Source of the DNA: Candidatus Latescibacterota bacterium
GTDB lineage: Bacteria > Latescibacterota > UBA2968 > UBA8231
Assembly (NCBI GenBank): GCA_965215195.1
Contig: CBDCDC010000001.1
Location: 768,001-832,000 of the forward strand
Direction of reading: 5' to 3'
Length of the DNA: 64,000 bases
The stretch's first letter is position 1. Each line of letters opens with the position of its first letter. Below the pieces are notes generated by a model, which saw only the letters and a list, made by a program, of their open reading frames with translations, had not been told where the DNA came from and did no database searches. Below, piece by piece: positions 28,330 to 37,717 of this stretch. The translations under genes and the position numbers were made by a program.

Positions 28330-29236
28330 ATGTTCCTGCTTATGCTTTTGTTGATCGCCTACCCGGCAGGAGCTCAGTTGCCCTCAGAAGTGGTACTGGA
28401 TTCGGTGTATAGCGGCCAAAACAGCATGCACTCTATTGTGTTCAAACCCACCACCGATATCGAGATAGAAAACGTGCGGACGGGCTGCGGCTGCACCGGG
28501 GTCGAATTCCCCACGGGTATGCTGAAAGCCGGTGAAGAATACCACTTGAAGGTCGATGTAAATACAGCGGATATCGCCGGTTCCTTTAAGAGCCACGTTG
28601 CGGTCAAAATCGCCGGCGAGGATTCACTGTGGGCTCTGAATCTCCAAGTACAGGCCGTGTCGCCCTTTCCCGCCGAAATAGACTTAGGAGAAATAGATTT
28701 CACTACCTTGCCCTTAGAGCGCCATCTGTCGCTTGCCCAGATTGCCGACCATGATCGACTCGGTAGCGGTACAGGGCGAAGGCGTCGTAGCACATCCTAC
28801 CGATGAGGGTACGGGGTTGTTGCTGCGGACAGACGAGGCGTTGACTTGGGGCCGTCGCATAGACGCCCTAGTCGAGGTCCACTTGGCAGGGAACGACCGG
28901 ACACTGCGGCAGACCGTGCATGTCGAAGGAATGGTTCTAGACCTGTTCCAAGTAGATCCGTCCGCTCTTTCTTTTGGTATGGGCAAGCCTCACCGACGGC
29001 AAATGAAAACGGTCACAGTGCGGGTTGCACCCGATGCGGCGCGGGCACCGGTCCGAGTGCAATCGCAGTGCCCAGCACCCACATTTGCTTTCGATTGGCG
29101 CTGGGAGACGGATCGGCGATTGGTCGTCGAGGTACGCAACGAGAGTGACTTCCCGACCGGCCAGACCGATTGCGAAATTGTCGTCCATATTGGGGATACT
29201 CCGGTAGCGATTCCCATATTCGCCCTGACGCGGTAG
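28330..29236 (+). pseudogene. DUF1573-like secreted Ig-fold protein, apparently frameshifted near 28730-28750
   Basis: Signal peptide and IENVRTGCGCT (DUF1573 CGCT motif); beta-rich sequence continues in a different frame (28733-29236) while frame 1 degenerates. Confidence 0.65.
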
Positions 29237-29258
29237 GCGTCCAATAAATCGAGGCTCT

Positions 29259-31778
29259 ATGCTACATTCCATCACAGCTAAACTTTCTGCGCGATTGCTG
29301 CTTTGGGATCGTTGGCTCCATCGGTGGATGGAACTGGACCAACTGACGCGAGACCAACGAAAAATCCTCGTCTTTTTTCACGGGTATAGCCTCGCGCACA
29401 CCATCCGCCCGCTCGTGCTCGCTCGCACACTGCGGGAGCGAGGCTATCCAGTCGAGTGCGCCGGGCGTGGTCCCCATATTGAGCGGATCGCCGGGGAGGG
29501 CTTCCCCGTCCACGACGTCGAGACCTTGCCGCAAGAACGGATGGACGAATACGTGGCTCGGGGCGAATACGGCTATTATGACTTGGAGTGGATTGATCGC
29601 TGCGTCCAGTCGGAACAGAACTTGATCCAAGCGATTAAGCCGGCCCTAGTAATCCAAGATATGAAGCCCACGCTCTCCATAGCGGCTCAACTCGAAGGGA
29701 TTGACGAGGCTATCGTGAGCCAAGCGTATAACCAGCCGGGCTATCCGTTCCCGATATGGCTGATGGAGTCGTTTAGCACTGAGCCAGGGCCGTTTGGCGC
29801 GTATCTCAAGAGCAAAGCACATGAGATAAAACCCCGGAAAAAGTTCTACCTGCTAGCGGACATCCCCGAATTCCATCCGCCTCCAGAACAGGTGACTTCG
29901 GGGTATCACTATGTAGGCCCGCTGCTGGACGTCCCAAAGACGAAAGGTACGGTCCCCCTGCTCGATCAAGGATGGGATTTGTCTTGGCCGCTAGTCTATG
30001 TGACCTGTGGCAGCAGCGGTCGGCCTCCCGAATACTTGGAGGGGTTGATTGAGGCCGTGGCGCACGAACCTGTCCGTTTGCTCATCACCACGGCTGGCCG
30101 CTGGGCAGGAACGAGCTGCTATAGCAATATCCGGGTGACCGACTTTCTCCCCGGCGAATGGGTATTGCAGCAAGCGCGAGCGTTGGTGGGCATAGTCGGC
30201 ATCGGTGCTATTTATCAGGCGCTGCGGTGCGGGGTGCCCATCATCGGGGCACCCGAGCACCTAGATCAGGAATACCACTTAAATCGCGTCGAGCAACTCG
30301 GATTGGGCATAAAGCTCGACCGGCAGGCATTTGGGGCCGACGAGATTTTGATGGCCCTGTATCGAGTGATAGGAGATGATTCCCCGTTCGCGGCATCGTG
30401 CCGTGCTTTTGCCAAAACGGCGTCCCCATGGCAAGGAGGTCAGGTCGCTGCCGATCTGGTAGATGGCTTCTTCCTCGCCCAAGAAAAACCGCATCAACTC
30501 GACTCGCGTTATGCTATGGAAAAACGGGAATTCGTCCGCTATCTGGTCGCCAGTACTCCGCTTTCAACGGAGGACGTAGAGGCGATTCTGCACGAAGGCG
30601 CGGGCCGGGGACTACCGCACCACAAAGTTCACGGGGCGTTGTATTACGACCGCATTGATTCGTGGAATTGGCTCTACGACCACGAGCCGCGCTTTTTTGA
30701 GGCCGATTATCGAGCATTGGAACAGAAGCGCAACCGATTTTTCATCCGAGACGACAAGGAGCTCCGGGGCCGCAAGAAATGGCAGCGATACCGAGTGACG
30801 TACCAATTGCGAATCCATCCAGCGCCGCTTCAGCCCGGTCAGCGCACCCAGATATTCCTGCCTTATCCCATCGAAGGAGGCGGCCAACGGGATATCCAAT
30901 ACATCACCTGCGAGCCTGCTGACATGGAAGTCGCGTTGGTGCCGGCGATGGGCTTTTTCTACGGCTACGAGCGGACCAAAGGTTCTGCTGAGAGCGAGCC
31001 TTGGGAGCTGAGCTATGTCTGCGAGTTGACCGTGGAAGAATTCCCGCCGGCCAATGGATTTCAGCCGGTCCCTCTAAGCTTCATTGAACGGAAACGGTAT
31101 TTGCATCTAGACCCCGAGCTAGCGGACTGTCCCGAAATCGAGGTCTTCCGGCAGGAACTAGGCCCTCGAAGAGGGCGCAGCGACGAGTGTCGTGCCCGTG
31201 ATCTATACGAGGCCCTGATACACACCAAACGATTCAAAAAAACCAAAGACCCCAGCCAAAGTATTGGGTACAGCACTCAAGCCATCTTGGGCGATACCGG
31301 CGGTCATTGTATCACGCTTTCCCGAGCGTTTATGGCCCTGTGTCGTCTAGAGGGAATCCCCGTGCGCGAGGTCGCCGGTGCCTTGATTGGGTATCCCAGC
31401 GGGGACGACAGCTTTGCTATTGACACCTATAGAGAACCCATCTTCGGCCACACGTGGACTGAGGTATATTTGGCGGAAAAGGGCTGGGTGCCCGTCGAGT
31501 TCCACGGCATTGTCATCGGGCAGACCGCCATGACAGACCACAATGTCGCTGACCCTGCACTGCGCCGCCTGATCGAGAAGAATACCGACCCATATTGGAC
31601 CTATTACTTTGGTCATTTGGACACCCAACGCATCCGGTGTTCCAATTCCGTCAAAAGAATCCCGCAATGCCTCGTAGAGCGGCCAGACGCTCAAGCCGAC
31701 GATCCCAATCGGTGGGACTTTCAGACCGAATTGCCGTACGAGTGCCACTTGCAGATTGAGATTCTCGACGAAGGCTGA
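29259..31778 (+). CDS. GT-B glycosyltransferase (GT1/GT28-like) fused to a C-terminal transglutaminase-like domain
   Basis: N: HGYSLAHTIR, VYVTCGSSG, DFLPG, GVPIIGAPEHLDQ; C: GHC..LSRAFMALCRLEGIPVREVAG, HTWTEVYLAEKGWVPVE. Confidence 0.82.
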   Translation: MLHSITAKLSARLLLWDRWLHRWMELDQLTRDQRKILVFFHGYSLAHTIRPLVLARTLRERGYPVECAGRGPHIERIAGEGFPVHDVETLPQERMDEYVARGEYGYYDLEWIDRCVQSEQNLIQAIKPALVIQDMKPTLSIAAQLEGIDEAIVSQAYNQPGYPFPIWLMESFSTEPGPFGAYLKSKAHEIKPRKKFYLLADIPEFHPPPEQVTSGYHYVGPLLDVPKTKGTVPLLDQGWDLSWPLVYVTCGSSGRPPEYLEGLIEAVAHEPVRLLITTAGRWAGTSCYSNIRVTDFLPGEWVLQQARALVGIVGIGAIYQALRCGVPIIGAPEHLDQEYHLNRVEQLGLGIKLDRQAFGADEILMALYRVIGDDSPFAASCRAFAKTASPWQGGQVAADLVDGFFLAQEKPHQLDSRYAMEKREFVRYLVASTPLSTEDVEAILHEGAGRGLPHHKVHGALYYDRIDSWNWLYDHEPRFFEADYRALEQKRNRFFIRDDKELRGRKKWQRYRVTYQLRIHPAPLQPGQRTQIFLPYPIEGGGQRDIQYITCEPADMEVALVPAMGFFYGYERTKGSAESEPWELSYVCELTVEEFPPANGFQPVPLSFIERKRYLHLDPELADCPEIEVFRQELGPRRGRSDECRARDLYEALIHTKRFKKTKDPSQSIGYSTQAILGDTGGHCITLSRAFMALCRLEGIPVREVAGALIGYPSGDDSFAIDTYREPIFGHTWTEVYLAEKGWVPVEFHGIVIGQTAMTDHNVADPALRRLIEKNTDPYWTYYFGHLDTQRIRCSNSVKRIPQCLVERPDAQADDPNRWDFQTELPYECHLQIEILDEG

Positions 31779-31791
31779 ATGGAGCGATACA

Positions 31792-32958
31792 ATGGAAGTT
31801 AGTGTCGTCATACCTGCGTATAACCAACGGGAACGGCTCCGCTTGGTCTTGAGCGGCTTGGAGGGCCAGACCCTGCCGCCCGAATGCTTTGAAGTGTTGG
31901 TGATTGACGACGGCTCAACCGATGGTACGGCCGAGATGCTCGATGCGTTGCCCATCGACAATATGAAGCCGATCCGACTCTATCCGAACGAAGGGCGCTG
32001 CTCAGCGAGGAACCGAGGGATTGACCAAGCCGCGGGCGACCTCGTCGTGTTGCTCGACGGAGACGCTCTGCCGGCTCCCGACCTGCTACAAACGTATTTA
32101 GACGCCTTTGGGGAACTCGGTCCAGATAGCGTGTTGTGCGGCCAGCTATACTCACTGGCCGAATTGGAGTTTTTCCAAGACCCCCAACGCGGCACGCTCG
32201 CCGATGTCGTCATCCCCAGCGTCCAGAAAGATTACCTAGAGAGTCATCGGGCGGCGTTGATCCTGACCGAAGCAATGGTGCGCCGCGATTTCGCAGCAAT
32301 CCGCGAGAGGGCTGTCCCCGGCGGCTACCCGTTCCCCGAACTGGAACAGATGCAGGACGAACAAATCGATCTCTTTCGCCGGTGCCCAAACGCGGCGGTG
32401 GCTTGGCTGGGTCTGACGCCCCACAACAGTGCTCTGCCCCGCGAGGTATTGCGATCCATCGGCGGGTTCGACATCAACATTCCCTTTTGCGAGGGGTGGG
32501 AGATAGCGTATCGGTGCCAGCAATACGGGTGTCGGCTCTATGGAGTGTCGGCAGACACGTACCATCTGTACCATTTCCACGACTTCAACGCCGCCGAGAC
32601 GGCCGTGCGCCACCGGGCCATCGAGTACATGGCCGACAAATTTCAAGAGCCACGCATCCGCTTGCTCTACTTCTGGTTCGCTCACCTGTGGCCAGACCCG
32701 TTCCTGCCCGAAGAATCTCTGGTAGAGGACTTAGAGCCTATACGAAAATTATGTCAAACGGTCGACAATTCGGACTTGATTGAGGCGCAATAGGTAAGGA
32801 AAACGTAGATTGCCAAGACCTTTTTATTATTAGGAAATCAATTTTCGTATAGGCTCTTAGTTGAGTTCGACCGACGCTACCGGACCCTCACGGATGCGGA
32901 CTGGCAGCAGTACCAATTCCTGTTGGACCATCGTCCGAACCAGTGGGCTTTAGGCTGA
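31792..32958 (+). pseudogene. GT2 family glycosyltransferase, C-terminus disrupted by MITE
   Basis: VSVVIPAYN, IDDGSTDGT, ARNRG, LDGD; reads into the MITE to a stop at 32793; excision restores ..EDLVEFDRRYRTLTDADWQQYQFLLDHRPNQWALG* ending at 32958. Confidence 0.8.
32734..32856. mobile_element. 123-bp non-autonomous IS5-derived MITE, TTA target duplication
   Basis: Ends GAGCCTATACGAAAAT / ATTTTCGTATAGGCTC match the IS at 12713-13655; TTA at 32731-33 and 32857-59. Confidence 0.92.
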
Positions 32959-33075
32959 GCCTTGACGAGATTGAGCTTCAACTCTATTGACCTGTTCTCG
33001 ATCCAGGATCTCTACAGCCTGACCTGTGGACCGAGTTAAGTCGAATGCGATAAACAAGGAAGGTATTTTGAACAC

Positions 33076-34299
33076 ATGGAAATCGTTCCGTTAATTCCCG
33101 AGCGCGACGTAGCGATACAGTGGGCGCGGGTAGCACAAAATCGCGATGGGCAAACCCAAACAAAGGCTTGTCTCCTTTTAGGGCGCTATTACAAGGAACA
33201 AGGTGAACTCGACAAGGCCGAAGGGCTTTATAGAAGAGCCCTTGCGAAAGCACGGCAGTTTCAGGATCGGGAGATGGAAGCCGATGCGTGTAGCGGCTTG
33301 GGGCTTATGTACCAAGTCAAGGGACGGATGGACGAGGCGGTTGACTATCTCAATAAAGCTTTTGCGATCAATAGTGAACGCCGCGATGAGGAGCGGCTGG
33401 CCATCAACTATAGCAACAGAGGCTTTGTCGCTCATCTGCAAGGAAAAATTGCAGAGGCGCGAGAGTTGCACATACGCGCTCAGCAACTCCACGAGGCGTC
33501 GGGCAATAGGGCCTATTGGGCGGAAGAATGCGGCAACTTGGGGCTGTTGGCCCTCCAGCAAAACAAACCGGAGGAAGCCGAGGCCTACTTCCAGCAGGGG
33601 CTGAACGTGTGCCAAGAACTCGGCGATCTGCCGGGTACTTCTGGCCACTATCAGGGCTTGGGTATGGTCTATCTCCAACAGCGGCGTTTGGCCGAGGCCG
33701 AAGCCATCCTCAAGAAAGGCATTGCGATTGAGGAACGGCTCCAGCGCGACGCGGTGGCGCATCATTACGGCGTCTTGGGGGGCGTCTATAGCCAGACGGG
33801 TCGGTTTGATGAGGCGGAAGCCATGTACCGGCGGACGCTGGCCATCCAACGAAAATTAGGTAATAAACAGTTTGAGGCTCGCACCTTGGGCGGTCTGGGG
33901 CAGGTGCTATGGGAGAAAGGTGACACGCGAGAAGCCACGGCGTTGTTCCGGCAGGCGAAGGCACTGTTTGACGCGATTGGAGACGACAAAGGCCAAGCAA
34001 TACAGGCGACTGTTTTGGGGAATGCCTACATGAACGTTGAAAACTTTCATGCGGCTGAGGAGGCGTATCGGCAGGCTGTGCAACTGCTTGAGAAAGTATC
34101 GGACTTAAAGGCCGTAGCCGACGTTAGAGTTAGCTTGGGGGGAGTCTATGCGTCGAATCAGGCTCCTTTTGATGCCTTACTTCAGTGGCGGCAAGCCCTC
34201 GGACTATACCGCGAACTCCAGCTAGACGACAAGGTTGAGTTCGTAGAAAAACTGCTGAGGACGAGCGGCCGAATGGGTGGCGGCGTTGCGCTTGTTTAG
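33076..34299 (+). CDS. Tetratricopeptide repeat protein
   Basis: Repeated LG..Y...G....A...Y..AL helical units. Confidence 0.9.
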   Translation: MEIVPLIPERDVAIQWARVAQNRDGQTQTKACLLLGRYYKEQGELDKAEGLYRRALAKARQFQDREMEADACSGLGLMYQVKGRMDEAVDYLNKAFAINSERRDEERLAINYSNRGFVAHLQGKIAEARELHIRAQQLHEASGNRAYWAEECGNLGLLALQQNKPEEAEAYFQQGLNVCQELGDLPGTSGHYQGLGMVYLQQRRLAEAEAILKKGIAIEERLQRDAVAHHYGVLGGVYSQTGRFDEAEAMYRRTLAIQRKLGNKQFEARTLGGLGQVLWEKGDTREATALFRQAKALFDAIGDDKGQAIQATVLGNAYMNVENFHAAEEAYRQAVQLLEKVSDLKAVADVRVSLGGVYASNQAPFDALLQWRQALGLYRELQLDDKVEFVEKLLRTSGRMGGGVALV

Positions 34300-34698
34300 A
34301 CAGCTCGGTATGGAGCTGTAGAGCTAAGCGGTTATGAAGGCCATGGCCGCTTGACCCAAACGCCTTCCCCATAGACCGCCACCCCCGCACCAACCTCTCT
34401 CCCCTTCCACCAACGCCGTCCAACACGGCCTCAGCAGGCGGCGGCACCGTTCCCCTGAACAGGGCCTACGCCGCAATCAACAGGTGCGCCCCTGCGATGT
34501 TTAGACGCATCAAAAGCGATGATTCGACGCACTTGTGCGATATATCCGCGCACTTTTAGCGCGTTAAGAAGGCATCGCAAAGGGTCTGAGCGATCGGCGA
34601 GAACTTTATTTTACTCTTTATAAGATATTATTTAACAGTAATTTATGAATTGAAAAAAGCAAAGAAATCGGCGCACTCGTCGCTCGCTGGCTACTATT

Positions 34699-34714
34699 TG
34701 GCACGATGCTTGCT
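34699..34714 (+). promoter_or_regulatory. Sigma54 -24/-12 promoter
   Basis: TGGCAC-GATGC-TTGCT exact consensus; AT-rich tract upstream (about 34600-34665). Confidence 0.8.
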
Positions 34715-34794
34715 ATTAACTAAGCAGAAGCCACAACCTGTGCTGGCCTACCGTTCCTCGCTGCGCGCCAGCATCCTCTAGAAAGGAGTTCGCC

Positions 34795-36306
34795 ATGTCC
34801 TCGCTCTTCTATATTTTCGGCCTGCTGCTGTGCGCCCTTGCGGCCCCTGCCGAAACCTTGACCAAGGAACAGCAGCGCATCTTGCTCGACCTCGAAGAGG
34901 CCCATTTGACGCTGGAACAGGCCAAAGCGCGCGAAGCCGAAGTCGCAATCGAACACGATCAGATGATCGGCCTCAAGGAACGCGGCGTGGTCACCGGCCA
35001 AGAGTTGCGCCTTGCCCGCGAGCGGTTTGAGCGCACCCGCCAAGAGCGGCAACGCGCCGACTTAAACCTCCAGCGCGCCTTCCTCCACTCCCTCAGCGAC
35101 GCCACCCACCTGACGGTCGTCAATGGCCAAAAGTACGGCGTGGAAGGCGACAAGGTTCGCGTGCGGCTCACCCTGCGCAACGACTCTGACCTCCACCTGG
35201 CGCAAATGGTCGATCAGGCGCGCCGGCGCTACGCCATCAACGGCCTCGACCAAGACGCGGCCTCCCTGTTGCAGGTCAACAACATCTTCGTCACCATCCT
35301 CGCCGATCACGTCATGGTCGGCCAGCCCTACCAAGTCCACATCCCGGTGCTGGCGCTCGGCGAGGCCGTCGAAGTCGAGGTCGGCTTGCAGCGTCCCGAA
35401 GTCGAAGACCTCACCGTGCAACTGCAATACCTCAACCGCACCGACGCGCACGTCATTCACCTCGAAAAGGCGTCCGCCCGCGACGTGGTGCGCGTGTACG
35501 CCACCCAGTTTTCCCAAGAAGGCGCTTTGGGCAATGCGGTGGCCTACGAGTTGCACTTGGAGCGGCTGGCCGAAGACGAAAAGATCTTCCAACTGATGGC
35601 GCACGGCCTGCCCGACGACTTCCGCTGGGCGTTTGAGAGCGAAGGCCGCAACCTGTCGCGGCTGCGCTTTTCCCGCGACCACTCCAGCGAATCGCTGATC
35701 CTCAACGTGTTCGTCCCCGAACAGGCCGAGCGCTTTGCCGTTGATCAGCCGATCCTGTTCTCGGTGCTGGCCTACGAGCCTAAGACCGTGGAGGCCGAGG
35801 CGTTGGCCGCGGCCGATCCGGCGCGCTGGCAGGCCCTCGGCATTGGCTACGAGCAACTGCAACTGGTGCCCACCGGCCGCGCCGAATTGGAGCTGACCAC
35901 CCTCAACCTCGACCTGTCGGTCAATGGCGAAGGCGAATCCCAGTCCGTTTGGCAGGTGCGCAACCTCGGCACGGTGGCCTTGCTCGACATCCGCCTGCAA
36001 GCCCTGTCGCCGCCGGGCTGGGAGGTCGCGTTTGAGCCGCCGGAAATCGCCCAGATCGCCCCGCGTGAGGAAATAGAGGCCACGCTGACCGTGCGGCCGG
36101 TCCACAGCGCGGAAATCGGCCGCTACGAAGTCAAGACCAGCGCCAGCACTCAGCACAAGGGGCAGTGGGTTGAGTCGGTTGAGCGCACCGTCAACATCAA
36201 CATCAAGAGCGATGGGTCGTTTTGGGGCATCACCGGGTTGGTGCTCTTGCTGGTGACCATCGTGCTGGGCGTGGCCGTCTTCACCGTGCAATGGAGCAAG
36301 CGATGA
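34795..36306 (+). CDS. Exported coiled-coil plus NEW3/NPCBM-associated Ig-like domain protein with C-terminal TM
   Basis: Signal peptide, coiled coil, VRNLGTV.L.DI.L....PPGWEV.FEP..I..IAP, C-terminal TM; AGGAG RBS. Confidence 0.75.
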   Translation: MSSLFYIFGLLLCALAAPAETLTKEQQRILLDLEEAHLTLEQAKAREAEVAIEHDQMIGLKERGVVTGQELRLARERFERTRQERQRADLNLQRAFLHSLSDATHLTVVNGQKYGVEGDKVRVRLTLRNDSDLHLAQMVDQARRRYAINGLDQDAASLLQVNNIFVTILADHVMVGQPYQVHIPVLALGEAVEVEVGLQRPEVEDLTVQLQYLNRTDAHVIHLEKASARDVVRVYATQFSQEGALGNAVAYELHLERLAEDEKIFQLMAHGLPDDFRWAFESEGRNLSRLRFSRDHSSESLILNVFVPEQAERFAVDQPILFSVLAYEPKTVEAEALAAADPARWQALGIGYEQLQLVPTGRAELELTTLNLDLSVNGEGESQSVWQVRNLGTVALLDIRLQALSPPGWEVAFEPPEIAQIAPREEIEATLTVRPVHSAEIGRYEVKTSASTQHKGQWVESVERTVNINIKSDGSFWGITGLVLLLVTIVLGVAVFTVQWSKR

Positions 36307-37688
36307 CTACCTATCGATCGACGTTAGCCGCCCTCTGCTGCTGGGCGAGCATGGCCCCGGCCGAGGAGTGGAACCTCACGACGTGTCAGCGCGCCGCCGG
36401 CCAGCACAGCCCGGTGCTGGGGGCGGCGCACGCCCGCTGGAACCAGACGCGGGCACGCACCCGCCTCGACTACGCCGAGCAGCTGCCGACCCTCGGCCTG
36501 AACGCCGAGTACGAGCGCAGTGAATTGGCCGCCGCGAATGCGCCGGAAGCCGATCAACGCGAGCTATTCTTAGAAGCCCAGCAAGAGCTCGTGCGCTACG
36601 GGGCCCCCACGGCCTCGCGCTTTGCCGCCCAGCACCAAGAGCAGGCGGCCCAGGCGCGTTACCGCGAGACCATCATCGCTGTCGATAGCGAGGTGCGGCA
36701 AGCCTATTACCGCCTGCTGCTGACCCGCGACGAAATCGCCAGCCGCGATGAGTTGCTCGCGTACTTCCGCGCCAAAATGGAGCGGGTGCAGACGCGCCTT
36801 GACGCCGGCTTGGCGCGGCCGGTGGAGTTGCATGAGGCCGAGTTAGAGGTGTTGGAGGAGCAGGCGCGCATCAACACCCTCCAGCGCACCCTGCGCGCCC
36901 TGCATCTACAGCTTTTCACCGCGATCGGCTTGGTGGGCAAACGCTCGCTGCGCGCCATTGAGATCGTCGGTCCGCCCTACGAGCACCTCCAACTCCTCGA
37001 CCCCAGCGAAGCGGACCTGCCCGCCCTCATCGAGGAAGCCCACGCCAACCGACCGCATCTGGCCGAACTGGTCTGGCAAATCGGCCAACAGCAGCACCAA
37101 GCGCGCAGCGTGTTCTGGCAATGGCTGCCGCACGTCGGCCTGCAATGGACCAAGGATTTCCAAGACACCGATCTCGGCTTGCAGTGGAGCGGCAACGGCC
37201 AGACGTGGAAGGTGGTGGGATCCGGGCGCCGCGCGCTGGCCAGCCGGGGCTTGGAGCCGGCGCGGGACAGGGGTGAGGGCTGGCGGGTGATGGCCAACGT
37301 GTCCCTGCCGCTGTTCCAAGGCGGGCGGCGCTTGGCGCAGTCGGCCGAAGAGCGGGCGCGGCTGCACGAACTGCGCCAAGACCGCGACGAGACCCGCAAC
37401 TGGATCGAACTGGACGTGGTCGAAGCGTTTTACGCCTTGCAGAGCCGGCGGGAAAACACCCAAATTCTGCGTCGGCGCGCCGATGTCGCCCGCCAGCGCT
37501 TGGACACGGCCGAAGAGCTGTTTGAAAACGCCATGGGCAACCTCAACTTCGACGACCTGCGCCGCCAGCGGGTGGCGGTCAACGTGGCCGAGCAGAGCTA
37601 TTTCACCGAGCGTTTGGCCTACGTCCTCGCAGCCGAGGAACTGCGGCGGCTACTGGGGCGTGCGCTCCAAAGCGAGTTTTACAAGTAA
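36303..37688 (+). CDS. TolC-family outer membrane efflux protein
   Basis: EVRQAYYRLL, WLPHVGL, VSLPLFQGG, DVVEAFY; ATGA overlap with upstream gene. Confidence 0.88.
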   Translation: MTTYRSTLAALCCWASMAPAEEWNLTTCQRAAGQHSPVLGAAHARWNQTRARTRLDYAEQLPTLGLNAEYERSELAAANAPEADQRELFLEAQQELVRYGAPTASRFAAQHQEQAAQARYRETIIAVDSEVRQAYYRLLLTRDEIASRDELLAYFRAKMERVQTRLDAGLARPVELHEAELEVLEEQARINTLQRTLRALHLQLFTAIGLVGKRSLRAIEIVGPPYEHLQLLDPSEADLPALIEEAHANRPHLAELVWQIGQQQHQARSVFWQWLPHVGLQWTKDFQDTDLGLQWSGNGQTWKVVGSGRRALASRGLEPARDRGEGWRVMANVSLPLFQGGRRLAQSAEERARLHELRQDRDETRNWIELDVVEAFYALQSRRENTQILRRRADVARQRLDTAEELFENAMGNLNFDDLRRQRVAVNVAEQSYFTERLAYVLAAEELRRLLGRALQSEFYK

Positions 37689-37717
37689 ATTCCTAACTCA
37701 ACCGAAAGGATCGCATC

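Noticed and set aside
11358-28455. Diversity-generating retroelement or integron as the source of cassette diversity
   Set aside because: No reverse transcriptase, TR/VR pair, integrase or attC-like sites; junctions fit tandem duplication
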